From contig OZ024740.1 in NCBI GenBank assembly GCA_964016885.1, forward strand, positions 225,742,001 to 225,806,000: 64,000 bases of DNA. Reading direction: 5' to 3'. This DNA comes from Eledone cirrhosa. Lineage: Eukaryota. A program made the translations under genes and the position numbers. Below are positions 13,169-26,760 of this stretch, one piece after another; within the stretch, counting starts at the first letter, position 1, and every line of letters starts with the position of its first letter. The notes under the pieces are model-generated. The model saw nothing but the letters and a program-made list of their open reading frames with translations. It did no database searches and was not told the origin of the DNA.

Positions 13169-13338
13169 ACGTATGTCCCGTTGCCAAAGACGCTTCGTCC
13201 TCGAGGACGCACCCTAATTTTGACAACCAAAAATTTGAAAACAACATAATAAACGACCTTCGGCCTCCAGGACGCATGGTAGATTTTTGAGACTTGTTTT
13301 AGGAAAAAAAGTAGCGTCTTTGACGCCGGGAAATACGG
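13169..13338. mobile_element. Tc1/mariner (pogo/Tigger-like) MITE
   Basis: Imperfect TIRs ACGTATGTCCCGTTGCCAAAGACGC / GCGTCTTTGACGCCGGGAAATACGG, with TA on the left flank. Confidence 0.6.
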
Positions 13339-13780
13339 CACGTATAAAGTGTTTTGTTATGGAGAGTATACTATTTTGTCTGTAGGAATAATTTTAAATA
13401 TTTATCTGTGCTGTTTAGTTTGTAAATATGGAAATGATAAATAAAGTGGTTGTTTTAAGATGATTATGTTAGAAATAGTACTACTAGCTGAATAGTTGTA
13501 TGTCATTTGGTAAGACTTATTTGGTTCAGGATTGGTGTATACGTTTACATTTATATCGACGTTGTGTGGAGTTACGAGAGACGTAATTTCATATTGTACT
13601 ATCATACGTCTGATAGTGTAAGGACTAAGATCCCCATTGAACTATTATTCGGACATTGGCTGGTGTTGTGAGAGCCAATGTGTGTGTGCGTTTATGTGTG
13701 AGCTGTGTGTTGGAAAAAAAAACACTTTAAGCCCGCCAGATGGTATGACACATAAAATATAGATCATTAATTTCTATATT

Positions 13781-13967
13781 GGTGGATTGGCAGTATCGGT
13801 AGAAGGTCGGACGCCATGATTTGACGCATAGAGTGACAGCCCTTTCCATTCTGAGTTCAAATTCCACCGAGATTAACTTTGCCTTTCATCCTTACGGGAG
13901 CTATAAAATAAAGTACCAGTAATGCACTGGTTATTTGCTGGCCTTGTGCCAAATCTAGAAACAATTA
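13781..13967 (+). mobile_element. tRNA-derived SINE family A
   Basis: A-box TGGCAGTATCGG; B-box GAGTTCAAATTC; central GCCTTTCATCCTTACGGG..AAAATAAAGTACCAG; tail GGCCTTGTGCCAAA.TAGAAACAATT. Confidence 0.9.
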
Positions 13968-14112
13968 ATATCTATACAGGCGAAAACTGTCTGGAGAGTC
14001 GTACCTGGAAATTGCATATCAGAAACCATCGACATATATATAACATAAATTACACACATATGTATATAGGTATGTATGTATATGTATTCATATATAGGTA
14101 TGTATATATATT

Positions 14113-14773
14113 GTCTTTAAAGCGTTGAAATATCCGAGACCTCCAGTAGACAAGTGATGAGGAACCCCCTCTCCCCCAGTTTTGCTTTCTTCTTATTCTC
14201 ATTCAATTTTAAGCCTACCTTAACTAGCAACTACACAGCCAATCCTATTCTCCATATATTTTATCATGTTTCTCTGTGACCAGTCTTCTCTCTCCTTCTA
14301 CCTACCTATTTCGTTACTATCTACTCTTACCCCTCTTTCTTCATCTCCCTTTCTCCTTCTCACTTTCACTCATCCTCTCTCTGTCTGCCACCTCATTGTT
14401 TCCCTCGCCTGACCTTCTAGCAGTCCTTTTCTCACTTACACTCGCTGGGGTCAGTCGTGTCTTTTCGTTCGCCTACACGCTCTCGAACTAAAGTTCTGTT
14501 ACCGCTGTTGTCTTGGATTTTCTTACCTTAAGTTGCTCGCACATTCCTCGATTTGTTGTTTTTTCGGTGTTTCTCTTTTCTTTCCTTTTTCCCCGTGTCC
14601 CTTTCGTGTCCCTTCCCTCCTTCCTCCGTTTTCCCAATAACCCAGTTATTGAACGCTCTGGGGGTAGATATCTTATCGTTAAAGCTTTGAAATATCTGAG
14701 GCCCCAGTAGACAATTGACGAGGACCCCCCCCGCGTTCTTGCTTTCTACTTATTCTCATTCCATTTTTAAGCC
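14113..14773 (+). mobile_element. Terminally redundant ~560-nt non-coding element (pseudo-LTR-like)
   Basis: 14113-14216 resembles 14676-14773. Pyrimidine-rich interior; ends at (TA)n. Confidence 0.6.
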
Positions 14774-14809
14774 TATATATATGTATATATTTACATATAT
14801 ATATGTATA

Positions 14810-14899
<90 letters not shown>

Positions 14900-15602
14900 T
14901 ATGTATATATATATATATACATATATATATATACATACATATATATATATGTGTGTGTAATCTGTTATATATATATACAAGGGTAGTAAAGGATAGACAG
15001 TTCGATAGAAATAACACACACACACAGATATATACATATGTATAACATAGATTACACACACACTCATATATATATGTGTGTGTGTGTGCGTGGGTGTGGG
15101 TGTGTGTGTGTGTGTGTGTGTGTTGAAGAAAATATCGTCTGGGCAAACAGTAAATAGTATGGTATGAAAATGTTCACGGAAATCGCTCCAGGCTATTCTA
15201 AAATTATTAATCTACAGTTTCTGTAATGCAGAATTTTTATCGTTCTATTCACATCATTCATTCCCTCCATTTTATATGTACACTTTATTACAATATTGCA
15301 TTACAAATAAGATTTCTCAGCTTAAGTGATGCAACAACGCCTCAAAATATTATCTAATTTCCTACAAGATTATAATATATACATAATTCTACTGTATTGG
15401 TATAACTTTGATATTCCGTTCCGTTTTATTTTCTTCGCAGAGATATCTGTATAAGCTCTAATTATTTCTTAATTAGTTCTAGATCACTATCAATGAAAAC
15501 TAATTCGTATGGATAATGTAAGCTGTGTCGCGTGAAGCACATATGTATTTATTTTACACAAACGGACAATCAAAATCACACACACACACATATATATATA
15601 TA

Positions 15603-15669
<67 letters not shown>

Positions 15670-15671
<2 letters not shown>

Positions 15672-15862
15672 CGAAGGAAATGTGGTAAGGAACCAGGTGG
15701 ACCATAACGCACCAAAGTACTCAATACTTAGGGGAGTAGAGTGGGTAATAGGAACCAGTAAGACCCCGACGGCTGAGCTCAAGACGTTTCGACGGCTAAT
15801 TCTGCGTCCAGAATTAGCCGTCGAAACTGCTTGAGCTCAGCCGTCGGGGTCTTACTGGTTCC

Positions 15863-15867
<5 letters not shown>
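15670..15867 (-). mobile_element. H1 element with fold-back inversion
   Basis: Minus copy 15670-15804 followed by plus partial copy 15806-15867. The pivot lies in the stem II loop. Confidence 0.85.
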
Positions 15868-15914
<47 letters not shown>

Positions 15915-15973
15915 ATGTATAGATGTATATGTATATATAGATGTATATGTATATATAGCTGTATATGTGCGTG

Positions 15974-16004
<31 letters not shown>

Positions 16005-16090
16005 GGATGTATATATAGATGTTATAGATGAATATATATAGATTCTTTTCGGGTTATAGCTACTGTCACTCAGATAGTGGGATTGGCTCA

Positions 16091-16131
16091 GTGCACAGTC
16101 TTTCGTCACTTTAAAAAATATCTTCAGGCAC
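16091..16131 (-). ncRNA. Degenerate hammerhead
   Basis: Minus strand: GTGC CTGAAGA TATTTTTTAAAGTGAC GAAA GACTGT GCAC. Confidence 0.45.
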
Positions 16132-16372
16132 AGGCATTGCACGATAGAATTGATTAATTATTATTAATAATAGTATATCGTGCAATGGCCATACTCGATA
16201 ACGAGGGGGCAACCATCATCATCATATATAGAGTTATATGTGTATGAATATATGTATATATAGATATTTATGTGTATGTATATATGTGTGTATATGTATA
16301 TATGTGTATGTATATATGTATGGGTATATATATATATGTGTGTGTGTGTATATGTGTATGTATGTGTGGCTA

Positions 16373-16429
<57 letters not shown>

Positions 16430-17020
16430 ATATGTGTACATAGATATACATATCCATATATCTGTATATATGTGTGTTTCATTAAACAGTCGACAGGATT
16501 TCGTTTTATTGCTTTTAATTAAGTTTCTTTTCTGCTAATGAATTTATAGTGATTGTTTGCTGGAATAAAATAGCAATTTCCATTAATTCGTTGCTTAAAT
16601 TTAGGAAGCATATATTTCACCTTCTAGTCTATGAATACATTATTCAATTCAATTTTACAGTTAAAGCTTTCCTTGAGCCTTATATAAATCTTATCGCTTT
16701 ATGACCAATATACGTTAGTCATGGAAAGATCCTTGTTGAATAATCTACACTATGACAACTCCATAAAATGGTAGATGGTGTTTGGTCAGGTGCTACGTAT
16801 GCTCACAAATAATTGTTTCGAGTCCCACTCGAATCGAAGATAGAAACGCATGGCATTAGAGGCAGACATATCATGGAGTGGTTTAAATATGTGATGGTCC
16901 TAGAGCTCTCGCAATGCTTCATAGGGAACTAGCGGAATTACCTAACTATACGTGTATAACAACCGAAGCATTTTCTCTGTATGAATTGTTATTTTATTTA
17001 GGACACATATTTCGCTTCAG

Positions 17021-17160
17021 CGCGTGGCCTGGCGTTTGCGGTGATGGTCTCGTGAACGTAAGGTTGTGAGTTGGATCCTCGGAATGGCTGGCGTGTTGTG
17101 TTTCTTAAGCAGGTTACTTAATGAAGCGTTACTCCTGTCCATTCTTCTATAAAAATGAAT
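17021..17160 (+). mobile_element. Degenerate tRNA/CORE-like SINE family C
   Basis: Similar to 38045-38390 (AAGGTTGTGAGTT..GTGTTGTGTTTCTTAAGCAGG). Confidence 0.55.
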
Positions 17161-18058
17161 ATCAAATGCTCGTTCAATGTGGTCTATTGTACTTTCACTC
17201 GCTTATCTCTTCGGGTGACGAGAGTATGATATGATGTAGTAAGCCCTCTAGGATTTAGAGCAAGTATAATTTTATTTCGGACGTTATTTGATCTGGACTC
17301 GTCCCTTAAAACTGCCCGACTAAACCACTCGGGATCCGGGTTTGTAAGGAATTACATCATAAAAGAGACATGTCAGTCACTCAAAATATGCACTCAAAAT
17401 GTTTGTGTATGAGTGTTTTTTAAATGGTTAATATCTGTAATTTCTCATATTTTGTTATCTTGTTAGTATTATTTAATATAATATATTGCTGGCCTTGTGC
17501 CAAAAGTAGAAACAATTATTTAATATAATATACACAACTATCTTATATCCAATCTTCTCAAAGATTTACTTTGACGATTGTTATGGGAACATAGGAAAAT
17601 CATTTCAAGAAAAAAGATCCTTGATAATGGAAAGTTTAGGAACTACTGAACCAGATGTGGTTGTTGTTGTTGTTGTTTAACGTGCTCAACTCTACTATCC
17701 TGAACGTCTAGTTAAGATGTTCTAGATGTGAACATTGTGTATGTGTTTCTATTTGGAACAGCAGTATTCAATTTGAACACAGCTTTACGACGGTAAAGAG
17801 TATTTGAGGGAATTTCGTTAGTAATTCTAGTCATCTAAATCGGGTCTAGAATTTCTGAAGATATCTCTTGTAGTACGTTAGGGTTCTTCTCTGAGTAACA
17901 TTTGTATTTCTATATTTTTACCCAGGAAAACATATGCGTCGTTTAGGCTATGAAGGCATTTAATCTTGATTTTTATAACTATGATTTAGAGATGTGAGTA
18001 AAAGGAAATAAGTTGAAAAGTCGATACTGATTAATTAATAGGACTTTGTAGAAACAAA

Positions 18059-18243
18059 TAATTGTTTCTACTTTTGGCGCAAGGCCAGCAGTTACCCCAG
18101 TGTATTACTGGTACTTTATTTTATCGACTCCCATAAGGATGAAAGCAAAGTTAACCTCGGCGGAATTTGAACTCAGATCCTAATGGGTCGTAACTCTATG
18201 CTGCAAACATGGCGTCCGACCCTTTACCGATACTGCCAAGACC
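18059..18243 (-). mobile_element. SINE family A
   Basis: Reverse complement of the family A consensus. Confidence 0.88.
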
Positions 18244-21069
18244 GATTATGTTGTTGTTTGTTTATCGCCAACTCCACCCTGATCAAGCAAACTTATCCAT
18301 CCGTAACCATCTCATTTTATTTTCAGACTACGCTTATTTTCGACTGTAGGATATGATTCGAAAACGATTTAATTGCTATTTCTATCAGATCTAGTGGCTA
18401 TATATCCTACTTCTTAGAGTCGAATATTGATGAATAAGGGTCCCTTTATCATTGGTGGCAATTATATTGTCGACGAATTCCGATCCAAGGAAGGTGAGAC
18501 AGTTAACATATCTAAAAGGTTCGCATGCCAGATGCAGGCAATAGCTCAGCTGTTATTGGGTGTCTAACTCCTTCAGAGAAATAAGCCCATTGTTGAGTAA
18601 CATGAAGGAGTGTGTTGTAAACCAATTCAAAAGAAGGCTTTTATACAAATTTTTTCTGCTCGCCGTCTAAAAGGTCGTGATTGTCATCTAATCCGTCCGT
18701 CATGGCTGCCCAACAAATATGACACGTGATTTTATATTAAATTAAGACAGCATCCATCCATCAACATCACTTAATACTGCGCCGCACTTCTATATTCAAT
18801 TCAAAATAGGATTTCTATATTTTTATGTGCAATTTACCACTATAGAAAATAAGAGAATATTATAGTTCATGTTCCCACCCTACAAATCTATTCTGGCAAT
18901 CACAGAAGAAGAAACTAGTTCAAGCTGATGATAGAGATACGTGTAAAAGTTGTTTCTGTCAGACTTTAGTTGATAGAAACGTTTTCTGTTAGTTGTTAGC
19001 AGGGGGAACTAATTTCCACCAGGACAGCTCCTGGTGGAAATTGGTTCCCCCTATCGACTGATTCCATAGATTGGTTTCATAAGATATTGGACAGAGAAAA
19101 AGAGAGAGATGGGGCGGGATGAAGTTTGAAAAATTTTAGAAAAGGGAACGTGGTGGAGGAAACGCCGATAGGACTGTTTGCTTGGTTGTATTGATTAGAG
19201 GAGATTTGCTATGTAGAGATTCTATATACGTCGTGTTCATATTAAGGGCGTGGAACATGGGAAAGGAGGGTTTAGAGATGTCGTGTTGAATGTGTGTAGT
19301 GTGAATATTTAGGCACAGTAAGCAAGACACGCAGTGGTATTGGTTGCTGAATAGAGATATTTTGGTAAAGGGACTAAAGGAATTACAATTGCGCAAAAAT
19401 ACCCCTTTCTTTTCAGATAGTAGTCTTGAAATCATTGTGGAAGTGGATAAACGCACCCTACGTGTTGGTGATATGGTGGAATGGTGGATTCCGGTTTGTA
19501 AGTTTTAGTTATGTGGGGAATGTAAAGGCTAGCCCGTCTATCAGAGTAGGGGACACTATATTGTGCTCCCTCTCTTAATTTCAATATAGAATCAGAAACA
19601 TTTGCGGCGGTATATTTAGTACGAAATTCCTCCTAAATACTATTGCAAATTAGAGTGCCCACTTAGTATATATTAAAGCACCCTTCTCCCGAATACTAAA
19701 GCTTGGTGAGGAGTTTAGTAAAGCTGTTTGCAAAGAAAGATGTTCCGCTCACCTGTTTACAAGAGTGAAACTCATTTGGTTCTGTGGTTAGTTGGCATGG
19801 AACTGGTTGCGTCTGACCATATAGTCAACTTGAAGTACCAAAGGATTCGGTGATGGGATACTGTGTTGAAGGAGGTTGTTTGGGGCGTTGCAGCGTTTTA
19901 GGCAGTGGTCGCATTTCAAAATTATAGCAGGGACATTATTGTGAGTAAGGGTTAATGGATATCATAATCATATTTGTTGTATCAGTGAATCTGTCAGGGA
20001 TACGGAAAAGAATGAATACTAATTAGTGCGAATAGTTGGCATAAACAAACAATTTTTCATCGCATCTAGCCGCCTCTGTGTGGGGAGAGTGGGAGAGTCA
20101 GGTGGAAATATGTGTATCAAAGCCTTGAAGTACGATAACTTAACAGAGAGGTTAGGTGATGTAGTGAATGTTTCAATGCTGCGTGAAGTATGTGTACAAT
20201 ACATACTATATAAACTGAATGAATTAATTATTATGAATTGTATAAATATAGGGGATTTACTGTTCGTTTGATGAAGGATGTTCACAAATGCATGAGGCAG
20301 AGGATTGAACATAGATGTAAAACTTTCTTAATGGGAGCAGACATTGTCTGAATGAAGTAAAAGTTTGTATTATTTTGGGGATATATATTGAATGAATTTG
20401 CAACGGAAATTAGAGGTAGCATTTGTTAGCATGCAATAGAAACTGCTGCGACGATGTGAGATATAATATAAATTTCCTGCCATATATATACGAACATTAC
20501 CAAATAGGGAAGTGGGGCTAGGGTAAAGATTTTTCAAAATATATTTGGAAAACTGTAGAACAGAATCGATGAAAACGACACCTTGTTCTTAAAAATATGT
20601 ACGAATAATCTATATTAGTAAATCACGATTTATTCCTGAAACAAATATAATCGTACTGTATATAAAGACATTGTTTATCTTTTACATAAATCTATCGAAG
20701 GTATAAAATAATTTGATAAAATATAAACAATGTGTGTTTGTGTATGTATAATTGGGGTTGCGAAGCCATGTTTAAGGCTAACTGCGTTTCGTGTCCATTA
20801 GGATATCTGCGTGAAATAGTACCATGGATTTAATCGTCCAACTAGAAATACACACGAGTTCGTGCAAAATATTCACTTATTTTCGATATTACGATTTATT
20901 TGTTTATAATAAGACGTTTTATAAAGACAGGTGTCTGGTAAACAAAATATGAAATTAGAAGTGGAAAGTCAAATAATGAGTTGTGTAATATATAATGTAG
21001 ATACAACGAGGTTATATGCTTATGTCACTGCTCGGAAAACGTTTCAATCCGAATGGCCATTTGCAGCTA

Positions 21070-21741
21070 AGAAAAAATAATTGAGACTATCGGAGCCGCA
21101 TGTCTGGCTGTCTGCATTACGTCACTTCCCTGAGGATGTCTGTCTCTATGTGTGTGTCTGTGAATTTGAATCCCTAAAACTCGAGAAGTACCGAACCGAT
21201 TTATTTCAAACTTTACATGTGTATTACTTATGTTTCAGGGAGTGTTATGTTTTGGATCCTCTAGGGCCCGCATTAGGTGAAAAACTGCGTTTTTTAAGCA
21301 TTTTAGGGGGTTTTTTATGCGTTATGTGAGACCGATTTCCCCGAAATTGTAACTATGTATTAAACAGTCTCTTCTTCATACTGTGAGCAAAGAAAATCCA
21401 ATTTTGTTATGGCCTACGGCCCGAATTAGGTAAAAAACTTCATTTTTCCAGCTTTTGGGGGCTTTTTGGAGGCGTTACGTCGAGCCGATTTTCCCGAAAT
21501 TTCAAGGCATATTGTGCACATAAACAAATTCATTTTCTTGATCCCCTAGGGCCCGCATTAGGTGAAAAGCTGCATTTTTTCTGCTTCATCGAGGAATATC
21601 TTAAAGATTATCTAGCCATCAGAGTATTTGGTTTATTTTATTTACATATTGTCCAGGCATGCAGTTTTTCCACGATTAGGTCTGTTGGCGGCCCGCGTTC
21701 CAAAATACCTTATCCCGTGCAACGCCGGGTACCACTGCTAG
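21070..21741 (+). mobile_element. Non-autonomous Helitron
   Basis: 3' hairpin CCCGTGCAACGCCGGG then CTAG|T at 21738-21741. Internal GGCCCGCATTAGGTGAAAA repeats. Related to 744-1702 and 46480-46780. 5' boundary approximate. Confidence 0.75.
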
Positions 21742-21856
21742 TATATTATAAAGAAAACTACGTACAAGCAAACATAAATTTTGCTATTATTTTCTTACTC
21801 TGTGATTCTTTTGCTTTGAATCTTACCTGAAATCCATTTAATGCCCGGGTCATAAT

Positions 21857-22074
21857 AATAGTTTCTGATTTAGGCACAAGGCCAACAATTTGGAAGGAGG
21901 AGAAAGTCGATAAAATCAACCCCATTACGTTACTGGTATATTATTTTATCGATCCGACCCCGTAAGGAAGAAAGGCAAAGCTAACTTCGGCGGGATATGA
22001 ACTCAGAATCCAAAGAGCCGTAACTCTATACTATGATGTATATTGTCCAATGCTCTATCGATACTGTAAATCCA
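21857..22074 (-). mobile_element. SINE family A, long subfamily
   Basis: Carries the extra GTCGA..TCGAC hairpin segment before the tail. Confidence 0.75.
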
Positions 22075-22353
22075 TTATGACCAATGTCCGAGTCATAATA
22101 ATTGTTTGTACTTTAGGCACAACAAATGCCATACTAATAAAACATTCCAGGGCGACCAACAGCCACCTGAGAGAACCACAGTTTCCCGATCCATTATATA
22201 TGTGTATGTATGTTTACACATTGGGATTTATTGGACGAAGATGTCAGACATTTACTGAGCGTTAATATCATTAAGAGAAAAACATTAGACGCATGATAAA
22301 GGCATACAATTTGTAAATTGGTAAAAATAATCATAACTGTAACAGCATGATAT

Positions 22354-22771
22354 ATGAGGGACGGCGGCAAGGTTCATAGGCTGAGTATAAAAGAGAAAGG
22401 CAAGAGGTGTGAAATCTTGCATGCATAAATTGTAACTCTTCTTATTAATTGTTTCTACTTTTGGCACAAGGCCAGCAATTACCCAGTGCATTACTGGTAC
22501 TTTATTTTATCGACCCCGTAAGGATGAAAGGCAAAGTCAACCTCGGCGGGATTTGAACTCAGATCGTAAAGGGACGTAACTATGCTGGAAAGCATGGCGT
22601 CCGACCCTCTACCGATACTGCCAATCCACCGCCCTATTAATAACGGCATTTCCACTCTTCTTATTAATAACGGCATTTCTTTCTTTCCAGGGACTGTTGA
22701 AAAATAAACCTCGTTTGGTCATTCTATAAAACTATCTTGGTCAGCCAATGAACGTTTCAGCCGACCCATGT
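22354..22771. mobile_element. Mariner-type MITE interrupted by a SINE
   Basis: Ends TATGAGGG..GTTCATAGGCTGA and GTCAGCCAATGAACGTTTCAGCCGACCC. Related to 45396-45553 (TACGAGGGTAGGCTGA). Confidence 0.55.
22446..22634 (-). mobile_element. SINE family A (young, full length)
   Basis: Near-identical to 42046-42232 and 53703-53889. Flanked by TATTAA. Confidence 0.92.
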
Positions 22772-23171
22772 CTCGGTGGAATAGTCAAACATTTGGTACT
22801 AGAGGTGCAACGAAAAGTTTAGATAATTCATAAGATTAGGGAACATGTGAAAAGCGTGTGTACTTAAATAAGTAAAATAACCAGGCAACGATGTATTTCA
22901 TGCCAAATAACTACAATTATATATATAATATATATATACTAGTAAAAATAGAGGATCTACTGCGAGGGTGGTTGTTTCGACTCGTTACCTCTCTTTTTAC
23001 TAATATACCCGTTCTGCATTATACCATATATCGAGTACTTTGTTGACTTTTCGTCTTCCCGGGCTGAGGCCATGCTGGGGCACCGCTCCAATATATATAT
23101 ATATGTATATATTGGAGCGGTGCCCCAGCATGGCCTCAGCCCCTCAGCTGGAACGCAAATGAGTATGTATG

Positions 23172-23249
<78 letters not shown>

Positions 23250-23346
23250 GTATTCATATTTATGTATATATTCATAATATGTAAATGTATGTACAAACAC
23301 ATAGATAATACGCATAGATGATCCATCGAATCTTCAATATATTATC

Positions 23347-23397
<51 letters not shown>

Positions 23398-24089
23398 CAT
23401 GTGTATACACATATATTGGAGAAGCACGAGCGTGTGATCAATATATCAGAAAAATATAAATTGGTAAAGAACCAAATTCACCGAACATATTGTCTCACTC
23501 TATTATTTTTTCTCTAAAGAATCATTTGTCTGTTCATCTGTGTGTATGAATATACGTTTGTATGTATTAATACATACATTCGTTTATACATACATATATG
23601 CATACGCGTATATTCATACATACGTGTATACATAAATGAATACATGCATATATACATAAATAGGTACATAATTACATACATACATATAAACATACATTTC
23701 GCATTTTTTTAAACAATTTGTTTTCATGCTGTTTCTTTATGACATTTCCAAGGCTTATTATTTGGAATCCCCCCCCCCCCCCCCATTTATTCAAATAACA
23801 GTAGAATGAATATGGAAATTAAACAGTAATCAGAGCCAATAGTCAATTATTGTCAGATTATTCGATGTTAGAAAATGTGTAATGATAGACAAAGTGTGAA
23901 ATGAATACGTTACACTCATTTCCAGCTCCTTAACAGAATCAACATATAAGTTGGTCGTTTTCCAAGGTTACAACAATCGCTGAATGAATGAATATGAAGC
24001 AGCAATATATGACCTGCATATTTTATACAGAATTGTGAGAGATTTAATTGGACAAAATGTCACAGTTGCATCCGTGAAAAGGTTTGGGG

Positions 24090-24159
24090 AATTATTATTA
24101 TTATTATTATTATTTGTGCCAAAAGTAGAAACAATTATTATTATTTATTATTGTTATTA

Positions 24160-24232
<73 letters not shown>

Positions 24233-24350
24233 CATCATTATTATTATCAGCATCATCAACAATAACATCGCTATCTTCATCAACATAAACTTTCTCATCC
24301 TCGCCATCATTATCATTGCTATCATCATCATCATCAGCTTTGTTATTATT
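24090..24350. repeat. (ATT)n/(ATC)n microsatellite containing a SINE A tail
   Basis: TTGTGCCAAAAGTAGAAACA followed by a long (ATT)n run. Confidence 0.85.
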
Positions 24351-25097
24351 TATCGTCAATGTTCATGTTTTGTTCTTATTATTTGGGCCAGTATTAATAT
24401 TAATAGATGGAAAAACGGTTGTTGCAACGGCGCTTCTTTCTATTCAAATGATTTTTTTATATCGATTGATATGACTAATATTCAGTGACCTCTGAAAATT
24501 ACCGCCCGCTTCTGCAGATTCCCCCGGTTTAACGCCTCATACTAACGACGAAACACATTACGAATTCACTGAATACCAAATTATTGAAAAATTCAGATTA
24601 GTTCATGTTGTAAACGACATCTTTGCCCTTTTAAATGTATGTGATATCATACAGGGAAGAATAGCAGTCAATACAGACAGTATATTTGAATGGGCAATGT
24701 ATTCATCCATTAACCTAAAGTTCACGAGTTCAAACTCTGCCACCTTTGTGTGTTATATCTTTTGTCAAAACACATCATCACGGTTACTTGCAGCTGCAAA
24801 CATTTTTGCATATAGATACCGCATCTTTGATGGAAAAGATTACAGAATACAAACACGATGAGAAGGATTGTTACTTCAACATTGACTTATAACATACAGG
24901 AAGATATTAAAGATTCAAAATGGCTTAGAATAACAACAGAAATCATCAAACAAATTAAAGAGAAACAAGAGTGTTAAAATGCCTTGCACTCACATATGCT
25001 GGTAAATGGATATAAAGACAGAAACAATGTCACACCTTTAGTTCGGAAAAAGAGTTTAAACTGAAATTTAATGTTTTCATTGCTTAAAGTTTTGTAT

Positions 25098-25320
25098 GGG
25101 CGGTGGATTGGCTCTATTGTTAGTGTCGGACAACATGTTTTGTGGTATAGCACTACGACCCTTTACGTTATGAGCTCAAATTCTGTCGAGGTTAGCTTTG
25201 CCTTTCATCCTTAAATGGGCGATAAAATAAAGCAACACTAATGTACTGGGGTCGATTTAATCGACTTCTCCCACCCCAACAAAAAATATTATTAGCCTTG
25301 TGTCTAAATCAGAAGCCATT
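25098..25320 (+). mobile_element. SINE family A, long subfamily
   Basis: Head, central block, GGTCGATTTAATCGAC insert and tail. Confidence 0.8.
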
Positions 25321-25910
25321 ATATATGTTTCCATTGTATTTTGCTTCAATTAAATTTGACACTGTTTCTGGATTCACTAGGGATAGGCAAGTGGACAATG
25401 ACAGAATCCCAGTTTAAATGAAGTAAGCTTCCTTGCAAGGGAGAATAGAATATTTTTCTTTATATATCTCTATATATTCGTTGAGTTTATTTCTCTTAAT
25501 TCTCCAAAGGTAGAGTCGAGTAATTATTCCAAAGTATAACAGATAGTAAGTTAAGTGGGACTAAAATATTGAATGTAGCGTGTAGAAAATAGTGTTTAAT
25601 CAAACTAATTGAATGGAGTATGCATTGGAGAATGAGTCGGATCTTTGACAATTTCAATGACAACTCTGCACATGTGTATATGAATGAGCCATGGATTCAA
25701 TCTATGAGACCTCCACAACGAAGCATAATCTAACCCAGAGCTCTACAAACTTTTCACGTGACAGAAATTTATTAGTGAGTGAAATTTCACGAATGCATTG
25801 AATAAACAATGAAATATCATAATATATTTCAGTGCATATCAGTTGTAATATTGTATGCAGAATTGTCAAATCTCAAATATATCGTACACAGCCACATATC
25901 CTTTTCATTA

Positions 25911-26100
25911 TGTGGATTGGCAGTATCGGTAGAGAGTCGGACACCATGATTTGACGCATAGAGTTACGGCCCTTTCCATTCTGAGTTCCAACCACGCCGA
26001 GGTCAACTCTGCCTTTCATCCTTACGGGGTCGATAAAATAAAGTACCAGTAATGTACTGGATAATTGCTGGCTTTGTGCCAAAAAGTAGAAACAATTATT
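25911..26100 (+). mobile_element. SINE family A
   Basis: Matches the family consensus. Confidence 0.9.
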
Positions 26101-26184
26101 GCTAGATATTAGTTTAATGAGCGACGGATATGTCTAGATACAGAGTCAGAAAACTTTAGTGTAACCAGTATGTCAAATCTTACT

Positions 26185-26340
26185 TCCGATGCTCTTGGCC
26201 CCGGACCACATACTGCTCATTGCTATCGGAGCGGAGTTGACTGCCAGCACGTGCGAGTCGGAGTGGCTGTTCCAGCACGTCTCCCTCGCTATCATTCAGG
26301 GTAATGTATTGGCCGGGACCAAGACGAGGAGGATAAGTTA
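26185..26340 (+). mobile_element. CRE-type (RLE) non-LTR retrotransposon 3' fragment
   Basis: 26261-26305 translates EWLFQHVSLAIIQGN, resembling the CRE C-terminal L.Q..S.A...GN motif. Confidence 0.55.
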
Positions 26341-26590
26341 GTTGGAGGTGGAGGATACTGGTTCGGACGTCACACATATACACACATACTCAACCTCTTG
26401 AATATTAAACTCTTGCATTTTTAATTATTTAACACTCTTAGCTATACGATTTGAGTTTTAATATAAAGTTAGCTTTCTTTTAATCGACCCTTAACAACTG
26501 AGTCAGAAAAGGTTTTGAGTGAAAATCATTCCCTTAAGATGATAACTGCGCTGACCTTGTGATTTCATTATTTAAAAAGAAGGCGGTGGA

Positions 26591-26760
26591 GGGCGGTGGA
26601 TTGGCAGTATCGGTGGTGAGTTGGACGTTTCAGCAGAGAGTTACGGCCCTTTACGGTCTGAGTTCAACCCCGCCGACGTTAACTTTGCCTTTCATCCATA
26701 CGGGGTCGATAAAATAAAGCACCAAATTACTGGCCTTGTGCCTATAAAAGAAATCATTAT
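26591..26760 (+). mobile_element. SINE family A
   Basis: Consensus match with small deletions. Confidence 0.85.

Noticed and set aside
13781-13870. tRNA gene-like A/B boxes (also in other SINE heads)
   Set aside because: No cloverleaf; they are heads of multi-copy SINEs.
18925-18985. CTGATGA...GAAAC candidate (likewise isolated cores at 1366, 37186, 45080, 56000)
   Set aside because: Stems I-III cannot be formed consistently.
22940-23003. Hairpin TAGTAAAAA.AGAGG/CCTCT.TTTTTACTA as a ribozyme
   Set aside because: No known catalytic core found; single copy in the window.
24110-24359. Poly-N/poly-I/poly-Y ORFs (also poly-H at 53349-53688)
   Set aside because: Trinucleotide microsatellites.
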